DNA of 52,390 nt from an uncultured Archangium sp. (GTDB lineage Bacteria; Myxococcota; Myxococcia; Myxococcales; Myxococcaceae). The position numbers and the translations under genes were made by a program. The notes beneath the pieces are model-generated. The model saw nothing but the letters and a program-made list of their open reading frames with translations, made no database searches and was not told the DNA's origin. The stretch's first letter is position 1. The number at the start of each line of letters is the position of its first letter. Location: NCBI GenBank assembly GCA_937875615.1, contig CALNBU010000553.1, forward strand, positions 1 through 52,390. The letters run 5' to 3'. Of the stretch, positions 36,498 to 46,007 are shown piece by piece.

Positions 36498-38896
36498 GCG
36501 CCACCGGGCGGCCAGCGCAGGCGAGGCTGCGGCGCTGGCTCCCCGGTCGACGCGCGGCGCTGGCCCTGCTGGTGCTGCTGACCCCGGTGGCGGTCTTCAT
36601 CGGCCGGCCGCTCCCGCCGGGGTTGCTCGACTACCAACCCATCGTCTCGCTCAAGGTGGTCGACCGGAACGGCGTGTTGCTGCGCGAGCTGCGCAGCCGC
36701 GATGACGGGCGCGCCACGCCGCTGCGCTCAGCGCAGCTCTCAGCGCAGGTGCGCGCGGCGTTCCTGGCCGCGGAGGACCATCGCTTCGAGGCCCACCTTG
36801 GCGTCTCGCCCACCGCGATGGTGCGCGCGGCGAAGCAGAACCTGGCGGCGGGACGGGTGGTAGCCGGGGGCTCCACCATCACGCAGCAGCTCGCGCGCAC
36901 GCTCCGACCGCGGCCGCGCAGCTTCTCCGGCAAGGCGAGGGAGGCGCTGTGGGCGCTGCGGCTGGAGGCGCACCTCTCCAAGGACGAGGTGCTGACCCAG
37001 TACCTCAACCGCATTCCCTTCGGGAACAACACCTTCGGCCTCGAGGCGGCCTCGCAGCTGTACTTCGGGAAGCGGGCCGAGCACCTCTCGTTGGGCGAGG
37101 CGGCGCTGCTGGCGTCGGTGCCGCGCGGACCCTCGGCCTATGATCCCTACCGGCGGTTGGCCCGGGTGACGGAGCGCCGCGCGTGGGTGCTCGACCGGTT
37201 GCTGGCCACCGGGCTGGCCTCGCCGGAGGAGGTGGCGGTGGCGCGCGCCGAGCCCATCGACCTCGCGCACTTCCGCTCGGTCTTCCTCGCGCCACACTTC
37301 GTGAACTACGTCTCCGCGCACCTGAAGGACTGGGGGCTGGAGGAGGCGGCGGTCATCGAGACCTCGCTCGACGGTCAACTGCAGGCGCAGGTGGAGGCGC
37401 AGATCTCCGCAGAGGTCTCACGGCTGGTCGACCGGCGGGTGGGCTCCTCGGCGGCCCTGGTGATCGACAACGCGAACGGCGAGGTGCTGGCCTACGCGGG
37501 CTCCGCCGACTTCTTCGACGTGGCCATCGAGGGGCAGAACGACGGAATCCAGATGAAGCGCCAGCCGGGCTCGGCGCTCAAGCCCTTCGTGTACGCCGAG
37601 GCCTTCACCCGCGGCTTCACGCCGGCCACCGTCATTCCCGACCTCGACCTCTCCTTCGATGCGCCGAAGGGGGCCTATTCGCCGAAGAACTACGACCGCC
37701 GGCTCCATGGGCCGGTGCGCGCGCGCGAGGCGTTGGCCAACTCCTACAACGTGCCCGCGGTGCGGGTGGCGGAGGAGCTGGGCGTGAGCGCGACGTTGCG
37801 GACGCTGCGCGCGGCCGGCTTCGACTCGCTCACCCAGGACGCCGACCACTACGGGCTGGGGTTGGCGCTCGGCAACGGCGAGGTCAGCCTGTGGGAGGCG
37901 GCGCGGGCCTACGCGGGCTTCGCGCGCGGCGGGGTGCTGAGGCCGCTGGTCACCGTGCGCCGGGCCCTGCGCGCCGACGGCACCGAGCTGCCGCTCCCCC
38001 GGGAGTTTGCCGCCCGCCGCTTCGCGGACGCCGGCGCGGTGTCGCTGGTGACGCACATCTTGAGCGACAACGCCGCCCGGGCCCGGGCCTTCGGCCTCGA
38101 CAACGCGCTGCGCTTCGACTTCCCGGTGGCGGCGAAGACCGGCACGTCGAAGGGCTACTCCGACAACTGGACCGTCGGGTACACGAAGGAGCGCACGGTG
38201 GCGGTGTGGGCCGGCAACTTCGACGGCACGCCGATGATTCAGGTCTCGGGCATCACCGGGGCGGGGCCGGTCTTCAAGCGGGTGATGAGCGCGGCCATGT
38301 CGGGCGTGGTGCCCGCGAAGCTGGTCGACCGCAGGGGCCTCACCGCGGTGCACATCTGCCCGCTGTCGGGCGAGCGCGCGGGGCCGTCGTGTCCCGCGGC
38401 GATGGAGGAGCTCTTCATCGGCAAGACCGCGCCGAAGCAGGCCTGCTCGATGCACGGCGAGCTGTCGGCGTCGTTGAGCGAGCCGCTGCGCGCGCAGTGT
38501 CTGCGCCTGGCGGCGGCCTCCGGGCGGATGACCGACCTCGGCCTCGACTTCTACGACTGGGCCCGCAACGAGGGCCTGGCCGCGGAGCCCTGGTTGGCGG
38601 CGGCGTGCCTGGGCAAGCACGACCAGGACCACGGCGCGAAGGTGCTGCAGCCGGTGAAGGGCGGCGAGTTCCTGCTGTTGGCGGATCTCCCCCTCGCCGA
38701 CCAGTCGATTCCGGTGCGCGTGCGCGCGGCGCCGACGCTGGGCCGGCTGCACGTGTACCTCGACGGGGCGCCCGCCCTGGAGCTGTCGGCGCCCTTCACC
38801 GGCAGAATCCCCGCGACGCCGGGGCCGCACGTGCTGGAGGTGCGCGACGGTGAAGGCGTGGTGCTGGACACCGTGCGCTACCTCGTGCGCGGTTGA
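36494..38896 (+). CDS. pbpC: Penicillin-binding protein 1C (bifunctional glycosyltransferase/transpeptidase)
   Basis: GTG at 36494 overlaps the A2M stop (GTGA). GT51 motif EDHRFEAHLGVS. Transpeptidase motifs GSALKP, NSYN and KTGTS. C-terminal PBP1C-type domain. Confidence 0.9.
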   Translation: MSATGRPAQARLRRWLPGRRAALALLVLLTPVAVFIGRPLPPGLLDYQPIVSLKVVDRNGVLLRELRSRDDGRATPLRSAQLSAQVRAAFLAAEDHRFEAHLGVSPTAMVRAAKQNLAAGRVVAGGSTITQQLARTLRPRPRSFSGKAREALWALRLEAHLSKDEVLTQYLNRIPFGNNTFGLEAASQLYFGKRAEHLSLGEAALLASVPRGPSAYDPYRRLARVTERRAWVLDRLLATGLASPEEVAVARAEPIDLAHFRSVFLAPHFVNYVSAHLKDWGLEEAAVIETSLDGQLQAQVEAQISAEVSRLVDRRVGSSAALVIDNANGEVLAYAGSADFFDVAIEGQNDGIQMKRQPGSALKPFVYAEAFTRGFTPATVIPDLDLSFDAPKGAYSPKNYDRRLHGPVRAREALANSYNVPAVRVAEELGVSATLRTLRAAGFDSLTQDADHYGLGLALGNGEVSLWEAARAYAGFARGGVLRPLVTVRRALRADGTELPLPREFAARRFADAGAVSLVTHILSDNAARARAFGLDNALRFDFPVAAKTGTSKGYSDNWTVGYTKERTVAVWAGNFDGTPMIQVSGITGAGPVFKRVMSAAMSGVVPAKLVDRRGLTAVHICPLSGERAGPSCPAAMEELFIGKTAPKQACSMHGELSASLSEPLRAQCLRLAAASGRMTDLGLDFYDWARNEGLAAEPWLAAACLGKHDQDHGAKVLQPVKGGEFLLLADLPLADQSIPVRVRAAPTLGRLHVYLDGAPALELSAPFTGRIPATPGPHVLEVRDGEGVVLDTVRYLVRG

Positions 38897-38912
38897 GCGC
38901 GGCGCCGTCCGG

Positions 38913-39701
38913 TCACTTCTGGTTCGGGCTGCGCTTGCCTTCGGACTCGAGCTGTTTGCCGTAGGCCTCGGTCTTCTGCGCGAAGTTGCCGCTGGCGAGC
39001 ACCATGCCCTCGGCGAAGAGCGAGCCCATGCCGACGATGGCCATGTTCTGCTGCAGGTAGTTGTTGAGCCACTTCTTGGTCATCTTGAGCCCCAGCGCAT
39101 CGTACGAGAGGAGCTTCTTGATGAGCTTGTCGACCTCCGCGTCGAGCTGGTCGACCGGCGCGACCTTGTTGATGAGCCCGATGTCGTACGCCTCCTTCGC
39201 GGTGGCCATGCGGTCGGTCATCAGGAACTCACGCGCGCGGCTCAGGCCGATGCGCGCCGGCCACAGGAGCGCGCCGCCGTCGCCGGGAGGCACCCCGAAG
39301 CCCGACATGTGCGGGTCGCTGAAGGTCGCGTCTTCGCTGGCGTAGACGAAGTCGCAGGCGAGCGCGATGGAGGCGCCCATGGAGTGCGCGCCCGGCGCGT
39401 AGACCTTGGCGATGGTCACCTTCTCGCAGTTGATCTCGTCGCGAATGATGTCTTCGGCCTCTTTGAAGATCTGCAGCATGTCCTTGTAGATGCCGAGCTT
39501 CTTCACCCACTCGAAGTCGTACTTCTCGGGCGCGATGAAGCTCTTGCCCTTGCCGGTGACGACCACGACGCGGCAGTCGGATTCATGGGCGATGCGGAAG
39601 ACCTTCGAGAGGCTGTTGTGCGTCTTGCCGTCGAGGCCGCCGATCTCGATGGTGAAGATTTCGTCTTTCTCGGTGATGTCGATGAGGCCAAATTCAGACA
39701 T
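38913..39701 (-). CDS. Enoyl-CoA hydratase/isomerase (crotonase) superfamily protein
   Basis: 262 aa with a crotonase-like core VVVVTGKGKSFIAP...ALACDFVYASEDATFSDPHMSGFGVPPGDGG. The canonical catalytic Glu pair is not obvious. Confidence 0.75.
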   Translation of the reverse strand: MSEFGLIDITEKDEIFTIEIGGLDGKTHNSLSKVFRIAHESDCRVVVVTGKGKSFIAPEKYDFEWVKKLGIYKDMLQIFKEAEDIIRDEINCEKVTIAKVYAPGAHSMGASIALACDFVYASEDATFSDPHMSGFGVPPGDGGALLWPARIGLSRAREFLMTDRMATAKEAYDIGLINKVAPVDQLDAEVDKLIKKLLSYDALGLKMTKKWLNNYLQQNMAIVGMGSLFAEGMVLASGNFAQKTEAYGKQLESEGKRSPNQK

Positions 39702-39729
39702 GGGGTGCTCCTGGTTGGGGGTGGGTGCT

Positions 39730-41349
39730 TCAGCTGTCGATGGCGCGTGAGGAGCCGGCGCGGGCGCGCAGCTCGAACTTCTGGATCTTTCCGGTCGAGG
39801 TCCTGGGGAGCGGCCCGAAGTTCACCGCGCGCGGCACCTTGAAGCCCGGCAGGCGCTCCCGGCAGAACGCGATGAGCGCCTCGGCGGTCAGGTCTGCGTC
39901 AGGCCGCAGCTCGACGAAGGCGCACGGTGTCTCGCCCCACCTGGGGTCGGGTTGTGCGACGACCGCGGCGGCGAGCACGGCGGGGTGCCGGTAGAGGACG
40001 TCTTCGACCTCGAGGCTCGAGATGTTCTCTCCGCCGGAGATGATGATGTCCTTGCTGCGGTCCTTGAGCTTCACGTAGCCGTCGGGCGAGACGACGCCGA
40101 GATCTCCGGTGTGGAACCAGCCTCCGTCGAACGCCGCGCGCGTGGCGGTGGGGTTCTTGAGGTACCCCTTCATGGTGATGTTCCCGCGGAACATCACCTC
40201 GCCCATCGTCTCGCCATCGGCGGGCACCGTCGATGGGTCCATCACCGCGATGGCCTCCTGCAGGTGGTAGCGCACGCCCTGCTGCGCGTTGAGCCGGGCC
40301 CGCTCGGAGAGCGGCAGGGCGCTCCAGCCCTCGCGCCGCTCACAGACCGCCGCGGGTCCGTAGACCTCGGTGAGGCCGTAGACGTGCGTCAGGTCGAAGC
40401 CGAGCTCCGCCATCCGCTCGAGCATGGACGCCGGCGGCGCCGCGCCCGCCACCATCGCCGACACGCGGTGCGCGATGCCCTCCGCGTGCTCCCGCGCGTT
40501 GATGAGCATGGAGTGCACCACCGGCGCGCCGCAGTAGTGGGTGACGCGGTGCGCGCGGATGAGGTCGAACACCGTCTTCGGGTCGACTCGGCGCAGGCAC
40601 ACGTTGGTGCCCGCGCGCGCCGCGATGGTCCACGCGAAGCACCAGCCGTTGCAGTGAAAGAGCGGCAGCGTCCAGAGATAGACGGGGTGCTTCGGGAGGT
40701 CCCACTCGAGGACGTTGGAGACCGCGTTCAGGTACGCGCCGCGATGGTGGTACACGACCCCCTTCGGGTCGCCGGTCGTCCCGGAGGTGTAGTTGAGGCA
40801 GATGGCGTCCCACTCGTCGGCGGGCGCGGCGGTGAACGTCGGGTCACCCTCGGCCAGCAGCGCCTCGTACGAGCGCCAGGAGACGGCGGGCAGCGCGAGC
40901 TCCGGCGCGTCGACGTCGATGAGCAGAAGCTCCCGGCCCAGGCGGTCGACCGCGGCCTGGGCGACCGCGGAGAACTCGCGGTCGACCAACAGCGCCTTCG
41001 CCTCTCCGTGGGCGAGCATGAACGAGATGCCCTCGGCGTCGAGGCGGGTGTTGAGCGCGTTGAGCACCGCGCCGCTCATCGGCACCCCGAAGTGCGCCTC
41101 GATGAGGGCGGGCACGTTGGGCATCAGCGCCGCGACGGTGTCTCCGTGGCCGATGCCGTGCTTGCGCAGCGCGCTCGCGAGTCGGCGGCACCGGGCGTCG
41201 GTCTCACGCCACGTCTGCCGAAGGTCGCCATGGATGATGGCGATTCGTTCCGGGTGCACCTGCGCCGCGCGTGAGAGGAACGTGAGCGGTGTCAGGGCCA
41301 CGAAGTTCGCGTCGTTCTTGTCGAGTCCGAGCTCGTAGATGGAGGCCAT
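39730..41349 (-). CDS. AMP-forming acyl-CoA synthetase (short/medium-chain type)
   Basis: Start at MASIYELGL. LTPLTFLSRAAQVHPERIAIIHG, YTSGTTGDPKGV, TGDLG and the C-terminal GKIQKFELR are adenylate-forming motifs. Confidence 0.9.
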   Translation of the reverse strand: MASIYELGLDKNDANFVALTPLTFLSRAAQVHPERIAIIHGDLRQTWRETDARCRRLASALRKHGIGHGDTVAALMPNVPALIEAHFGVPMSGAVLNALNTRLDAEGISFMLAHGEAKALLVDREFSAVAQAAVDRLGRELLLIDVDAPELALPAVSWRSYEALLAEGDPTFTAAPADEWDAICLNYTSGTTGDPKGVVYHHRGAYLNAVSNVLEWDLPKHPVYLWTLPLFHCNGWCFAWTIAARAGTNVCLRRVDPKTVFDLIRAHRVTHYCGAPVVHSMLINAREHAEGIAHRVSAMVAGAAPPASMLERMAELGFDLTHVYGLTEVYGPAAVCERREGWSALPLSERARLNAQQGVRYHLQEAIAVMDPSTVPADGETMGEVMFRGNITMKGYLKNPTATRAAFDGGWFHTGDLGVVSPDGYVKLKDRSKDIIISGGENISSLEVEDVLYRHPAVLAAAVVAQPDPRWGETPCAFVELRPDADLTAEALIAFCRERLPGFKVPRAVNFGPLPRTSTGKIQKFELRARAGSSRAIDS

Positions 41350-41465
41350 CGCGACCACGAACGGTAGAGAGGTGGTGGAAGACCGTCTTGAACGGGCGCG
41401 GCCCCTGTCTGGAATGTTTGGGACGACGCGCCGCGCCACCGAAGCGCGGCGGTACAGTGCGGCGC

Positions 41466-42347
41466 ATGCGTCTCACTCGTCTCGATGACCTCGCGCGCAG
41501 CACGGGCAACTACGCGGCGTGGCTGGAGGGGCCGGCGGCGACCACCAGGCAGGTCGGCGTGCACGGCTTCCGCTTCGACGCGCACGAGCAGCGTGACCCG
41601 GTGACGCTCGATGTCTTCCACGCGCTGGTGTGTCTGCGCGGCGGCGCGTCGATCTGTCGGATGATGAACGACTCCGTCCAGGAGTTCCGGCTGGGCCCCG
41701 GTGACGTGCTGGTCAACCCGATGGCGGTGCCGATGCGCTGGTCCTGGGTGGGGGCGGTCGAGGTGTTGAACCTCGCGGTGCACCCCGGGTATCTCGACGA
41801 CGTGGTGCGCGAGTCGCTGGGCGGCACGCCGAAGCTGAGGCCGCTCGCGCTCCCGTGGGCGCCTGACCATCAGCTCGCGGAGCTGGGCCTCGAACTTCAG
41901 CGGGAGCTGGCGACGCCACAGTTGCTGGGCGCACAGCGGGGGACGAAGGCGTTGGGGGAGCGCATCGCGCTGCACGTGCTGCGTCGCTACGTCGAGGTCG
42001 AGCGCGGCGGGAACGATCGCGCGTTTGGTGATGAAGAGCGCCGGCGGCTCGAGGGCTACGTCGATGAACACCTCGACGGGTCACTCCGCGTGGAGCACCT
42101 CGCCGCGCTGGTACACCTCGGTGAACACCACTTCACGCGCACCTTCCGCGCCACCTTCGGGAAGACGCCGCAGTCGTGGGTGCGTGAGCGTCGGCTCGAT
42201 CGCGCGCGCGCGCTGGTGATGACCACCGCGTCGACCATCTCGGACATCGCGATGGAGACCGGTTTCTCCGACCAGAGCCACCTCACGCGGTGCTTCCGCG
42301 CGGAGTTCGGCGCCACGCCCGCAGCGCTTCGCCGGGGCCGGAGCTGA
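41466..42347 (+). CDS. AraC-family transcriptional regulator
   Basis: Internal ATG at 41466. C-terminal double HTH (HLGEHHFTRTFRATFGKTPQSWVRERRLDRAR...ISDIAMETGFSDQSHLTRCFRAEFGATP). Divergent from the acyl-CoA synthetase gene. Confidence 0.85.
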   Translation: MRLTRLDDLARSTGNYAAWLEGPAATTRQVGVHGFRFDAHEQRDPVTLDVFHALVCLRGGASICRMMNDSVQEFRLGPGDVLVNPMAVPMRWSWVGAVEVLNLAVHPGYLDDVVRESLGGTPKLRPLALPWAPDHQLAELGLELQRELATPQLLGAQRGTKALGERIALHVLRRYVEVERGGNDRAFGDEERRRLEGYVDEHLDGSLRVEHLAALVHLGEHHFTRTFRATFGKTPQSWVRERRLDRARALVMTTASTISDIAMETGFSDQSHLTRCFRAEFGATPAALRRGRS

Positions 42348-42403
42348 GCCTGCGTGGGCGCCACGCGCCAGCGTAGTCAGCGCGTGGCTCCGTCTGGAAA
42401 GAT

Positions 42404-42871
42404 GTGACCATGTTCAAGCTGGACGACGAGAAGGCGCTGCTCGAGAGCTTCCGCACGCGCGACCGCAAGCACGTCGAGCTGCCGGCAGACCTGAAGTTCC
42501 CCATCATCCTCCGCGACTACGTCGCGTGGGCGCACCCTTCGGGCGGGCGGCTGTACCTCGTGTTCGCGCCGGCGGAGGGCCACCCCACCGGCGTCGTCTT
42601 CGACACCAACGGCGGCGGTGGTCAGGTGCCGCAGCTGTGCGCGTGGTGCCACTCGAGCGCCGGCGCAGGCGGCGTGGCGATGCTGACGGCCACCGCCTCC
42701 AACAAGAAGCGCGTGGGGGTGTGGGTGTGCGGTGACTTGAGCTGCAAGGCGAAGGTGGAGGAGGCCTGCAACCTCGCCGGCAGACCGCTGCACGACGCCC
42801 TCGCCACGCTGGTGGCGCGCATGAGCCAGTTCGCCGCCGAGGCCCTGCGCATCGATCTGCTGCGCCGGTGA
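42404..42871 (+). CDS. FBP-domain protein (EF-G-binding-protein-like, C-terminal treble-clef zinc finger)
   Basis: 155 aa. The motif LCAWCHS...GGVAMLTA...VGVWVCGDLSCKAKV matches the CxxC...CxxxxC FBP_C pattern as recalled. Confidence 0.55.
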   Translation: MTMFKLDDEKALLESFRTRDRKHVELPADLKFPIILRDYVAWAHPSGGRLYLVFAPAEGHPTGVVFDTNGGGGQVPQLCAWCHSSAGAGGVAMLTATASNKKRVGVWVCGDLSCKAKVEEACNLAGRPLHDALATLVARMSQFAAEALRIDLLRR

Positions 42872-42908
42872 GCCGTGCGCTGGCCGACTTCTTGCTCTGT
42901 CCACGGAC

Positions 42909-43301
42909 ATGAGCGAGCCCATCATCGACCAGTTCATGACCGAATCTCCGTACACCATCGGCAGAGACCAGCCGCTGTCGGTGGCGGGGGCGCTGATGGC
43001 GGAGCACGCCATCCGCCACCTCCCGGTGCTCTACCGGGGCCGGCTGGTGGGGGTGTTGTCTCAGCGCGACGTGGCGGTGGTGAGCGGGCTCCCGCGGGTG
43101 GACGCGGCGAAGATCTCCGTCAGCGAGGCGATGAGCGAAGACGTCTTCACCGTGGGGCGGCGCTCCACGCTCCGCAAGGTGGCGGCGCAGATGGCCGAGC
43201 ACAAGTACGGCTGCGCGGTGGTCCTGGAGAAGGAGCGGGTGGTGGGGGTCTTCACCACCGTCGACGCCCTGGAGGCGCTGGCCGACCTGCTCGAACCCTG
43301 A
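42909..43301 (+). CDS. CBS-pair domain protein
   Basis: 130 aa with two CBS repeats (IRHLPVLYRGRLVGVLSQRDV and YGCAVVLEKERVVGVFTTVDAL). Confidence 0.85.
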   Translation: MSEPIIDQFMTESPYTIGRDQPLSVAGALMAEHAIRHLPVLYRGRLVGVLSQRDVAVVSGLPRVDAAKISVSEAMSEDVFTVGRRSTLRKVAAQMAEHKYGCAVVLEKERVVGVFTTVDALEALADLLEP

Positions 43302-43352
43302 GTCGCAGGGTCTGCGCCCCGGCCCCCGGCGCGCGAAGAATCTGCGTGGCCG

Positions 43353-43883
43353 TCAGGCCTTCGGCGCCGCGGCGGCCTGCTGCTTCTTCTTCCGCTCGAG
43401 CTGCCAGCCGTGGAGGAACATCAGCACGATGCCGGCGATGATGGACAGGTCCGCCACGTTGAACACCCCGGTGCGGAGGCTCCCGAGGCCCATGTTCATG
43501 AAGTCCACCACGCTGCCGCCGAAGCGCGCGCGGTCGACCCAGTTGGAGAAGCCGCCGGAGGCGATGAAGGCGTAGCCGGCCACCTCCATGGTGACCAGCT
43601 GCTTGCTGACCAGCGCGTAGATGGCGAGGCCCAGCAGCAGCAGCCCCACGCCGATGGTCAAAAGCCAGTAGCGCAGCGTCGGCGGGAGGTTGGCGCCCAG
43701 CGAGAGAAACGCGCCCTCGTTGGTCGCGTACTCCAGCCTGAAGGTGTCGCTCAGCCACGACTGGCGGGGCATGCCCTTGAGGTGAGCGGTGGCGAGCTGC
43801 TTGGTCCACTGGTCGATGACCAGCTGAGCCACGAAGACCGAGAGGAAGAGGGGCAGACGCTTCAACACGAGCACGTCGGCCAC
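43353..43883 (-). CDS. lspA: Lipoprotein signal peptidase II
   Basis: 176 aa with four TM helices. Motifs DQWTK, NEGAFLS, FSNWVDR and FNVADLSI. Confidence 0.9.
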   Translation of the reverse strand: MADVLVLKRLPLFLSVFVAQLVIDQWTKQLATAHLKGMPRQSWLSDTFRLEYATNEGAFLSLGANLPPTLRYWLLTIGVGLLLLGLAIYALVSKQLVTMEVAGYAFIASGGFSNWVDRARFGGSVVDFMNMGLGSLRTGVFNVADLSIIAGIVLMFLHGWQLERKKKQQAAAAPKA

Positions 43884-43886
43884 TTG

Positions 43887-44690
43887 TCAGAACCGGCCGC
43901 TCACTGCCAGCCCGTTCGGCATGGGCGCGGCCTGCAGCTCCACCGGCCCCACCCGACCGTGCAGCAGGGTGGGCATCAGCACGCCCACCGCCTGTCCGAA
44001 CAGGGTGCCGAGGATGACGTCCGAGGCCCAGTGCTTGTCGGCCGCGAGGCGGAGGAGCGCCGTGGCGGCGGCCAGCGGTTGCCCCACCACCCACAGCAGC
44101 CAGGCGTGGCGGTACCCGCGCAGCGTGGCCACGGTGGCCGCCGAGGTGGCGAGCGCGAAGACGAAGGTGGCGTGGCCGCTGAAGAACGAGAGGTTGTGGT
44201 CTTCGGGGTGCCGCTCGGCGAGCAGCGCCTCGTCGGCGCCCACCGTGTAGGGGCGGGCGCGGCCCACGGTGAACTTCACCAACTGGTTGACGTTGATGGC
44301 CGCGAAGGTGGCCTCCAGCACCAGCACGGTGTCGATGAGGAACCGCTTCCACCAGGCCTCGTCGCGGCCGCCGATGAGGGCGTTGAGGCCCAACATGGCC
44401 ACCGGCAAGGCGGCGAAGCCGATGATGTTGCTGGCCATGTCCGGCCCGGAGAGGCCCGAGGCGCTGGGAGAGAGCGACGGCACGAAGAGCCCGCGCACGC
44501 CGTTGTCGAAGTCGTTGGTGGCGCACCAGCGGCAGTCGGCCGGCGACAGCTGCCGCTTGACCGCGAACTCCGAGACCAGCCACGCCACGCCGAGGGTCGC
44601 CGTCACCGGGAGGTCCACCCGGGGGTCCCACTTCAGCTCGTAGGTGGTGGGGGTCTGGGCGAGGGACAGCGCGAGAAGCACGGGGAGCAT
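43887..44690 (-). CDS. PAP2-family membrane phosphatase
   Basis: Motifs VGRARPY, FFSGHAT and RLAADKHWASDV (KX6RP / SGH / SRX5HX3D-type). Three-nt gap to lspA. Confidence 0.85.
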   Translation of the reverse strand: MLPVLLALSLAQTPTTYELKWDPRVDLPVTATLGVAWLVSEFAVKRQLSPADCRWCATNDFDNGVRGLFVPSLSPSASGLSGPDMASNIIGFAALPVAMLGLNALIGGRDEAWWKRFLIDTVLVLEATFAAINVNQLVKFTVGRARPYTVGADEALLAERHPEDHNLSFFSGHATFVFALATSAATVATLRGYRHAWLLWVVGQPLAAATALLRLAADKHWASDVILGTLFGQAVGVLMPTLLHGRVGPVELQAAPMPNGLAVSGRF

Positions 44691-44771
44691 CGCCCCGACG
44701 CTACGCTACGCTTGGACGATTTCACGCGGCTTGTGTATGGGCTGCCGTCGATTCTTCTACAGGGGTCCCCC

Positions 44772-46007
44772 ATGCGCGTTGAGAGAGCAGACGTGGTCAT
44801 CACCGGGGCCGGGCCGTCCGGCTCCATCGCCGCCGGCATGCTTCGTCGCCAGGGTCGTCAGGTGCTCGTGCTGGAGCGAGAGACGTTCCCCCGCTTCTCC
44901 ATCGGCGAGAGCATGCTCCCGCAGATCATGACCTACGTCGAAGAGGCGGGGATGCTCCGCGACGTGGTGCAGGCCGGCTTCCAGTTCAAGAACGGCGCGA
45001 ACTTCACCTGGGGCGGGCGCCGCACCGACTTCGACTTCCGCGACAAGTTCGGCGAGGGCTGGGGCACCACCTACCAGGTGCAGCGCGGTCGCTTCGACAA
45101 GGTGCTGGCCGACGCCGCCGCCAGGCAGGGCGCCGACGTGCGCTTCCGCCACGAGGTGCAGGCGGTCGAGGTGGGCGACGCGCCGAGCCTCACGGTGAAG
45201 AACCTGGAGTCGGGCGAGGTGTTCCGGGTGGAGACGAAGCTGATCCTCGACGCCAGCGGCTTCGCCCGGCTGTTGCCCCGGCTCCTCGACCTCGAGCTGC
45301 CGTCGAACTTCCCGGTGCGCCAGGCCTTCTTCACCCACGTCCAGGACAACATCGGCCGCGCGGACAACTTCGACCGCGACAAGATCCGCATCGTGGTGCA
45401 CCCGGTGCGCCCAGACGTCTGGTACTGGCTCATCCCCTTCTCCGATGGGCGCATGTCGGTGGGCGTGGTGGCGGCGGCGGAGTACCTCGACCGCTACCAG
45501 GGCACCGAGACCGAGAAGCTGCGCGCGCTCATCGACGAAGACCCCGAGACGAAGGCCGTGCTGTCGAACGCGGTGTGGGACACCCCGGCCCGGACCCTGC
45601 GCGGCTACGCCTCGAACGTGAAGCGCCTCTGTGGCCCCGGCTATGCGTTGCTCGGCAACGCGGGCGAGTTCCTCGACCCGGTGTTCTCATCGGGCGTCAC
45701 CATCGCCATGACGTCCTCCCACCTCGCGGTGAAGTGCGCGGTGAAGCAGCTCGACGGGCAGCCGGTCGATTGGGAGCGCGAGTACAGCAAGCCGCTCAAG
45801 AAGGGCGTCGACACCTTCCGCGCCTTCGTCGAGGCCTGGTACCGCGGCGGCTTCCAGAACATCATCTTCCACCCCACGCCAGACCCGGAGATCCGCCGGT
45901 GCGTCTGCGCCATCCTCGCGGGCTACGCGTGGAACGAGAAGAACCCCTACGTGGCCGAGCCCCGCCGCGTGTCGGTCCTGGAGGAGATTTGCGCGCCGCG
46001 TTCCTGA
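44772..46007 (+). CDS. Flavin-dependent halogenase-like FAD oxidoreductase
   Basis: I chose the ATG at 44772; the upstream 454 codons of the 865-aa ORF are shadow over lspA/PAP2. GxGxxG motif ITGAGPSGS. Candidate catalytic-Lys context FQFKNGANF. WxWxIP motif VWYWLIPF. FxxPxxSxG motif FLDPVFSSG. Confidence 0.72.
   Translation: MRVERADVVITGAGPSGSIAAGMLRRQGRQVLVLERETFPRFSIGESMLPQIMTYVEEAGMLRDVVQAGFQFKNGANFTWGGRRTDFDFRDKFGEGWGTTYQVQRGRFDKVLADAAARQGADVRFRHEVQAVEVGDAPSLTVKNLESGEVFRVETKLILDASGFARLLPRLLDLELPSNFPVRQAFFTHVQDNIGRADNFDRDKIRIVVHPVRPDVWYWLIPFSDGRMSVGVVAAAEYLDRYQGTETEKLRALIDEDPETKAVLSNAVWDTPARTLRGYASNVKRLCGPGYALLGNAGEFLDPVFSSGVTIAMTSSHLAVKCAVKQLDGQPVDWEREYSKPLKKGVDTFRAFVEAWYRGGFQNIIFHPTPDPEIRRCVCAILAGYAWNEKNPYVAEPRRVSVLEEICAPRS

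Noticed and set aside
38913-41349. The acyl-CoA synthetase plus crotonase pair as an Fcs/Ech-type route converting TAL-derived p-coumarate into 4-hydroxybenzoate for APE priming.
   Set aside because: The synthetase N-terminus resembles short/medium-chain fatty-acid CoA ligases rather than feruloyl/coumaroyl-CoA synthetases. The crotonase shows no hydratase-lyase-like features that I can recognise. The pair is 10 kb from the lyase and under its own AraC regulator. This is pure speculation.
43302-43352. A GC-rich imperfect palindrome (gcgccccggcccccggcgcgc) between the convergent CBS and lspA genes, considered as a bidirectional terminator.
   Set aside because: The arms pair only partially and there is no U/A tract on either side. 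Not convincing by eye.
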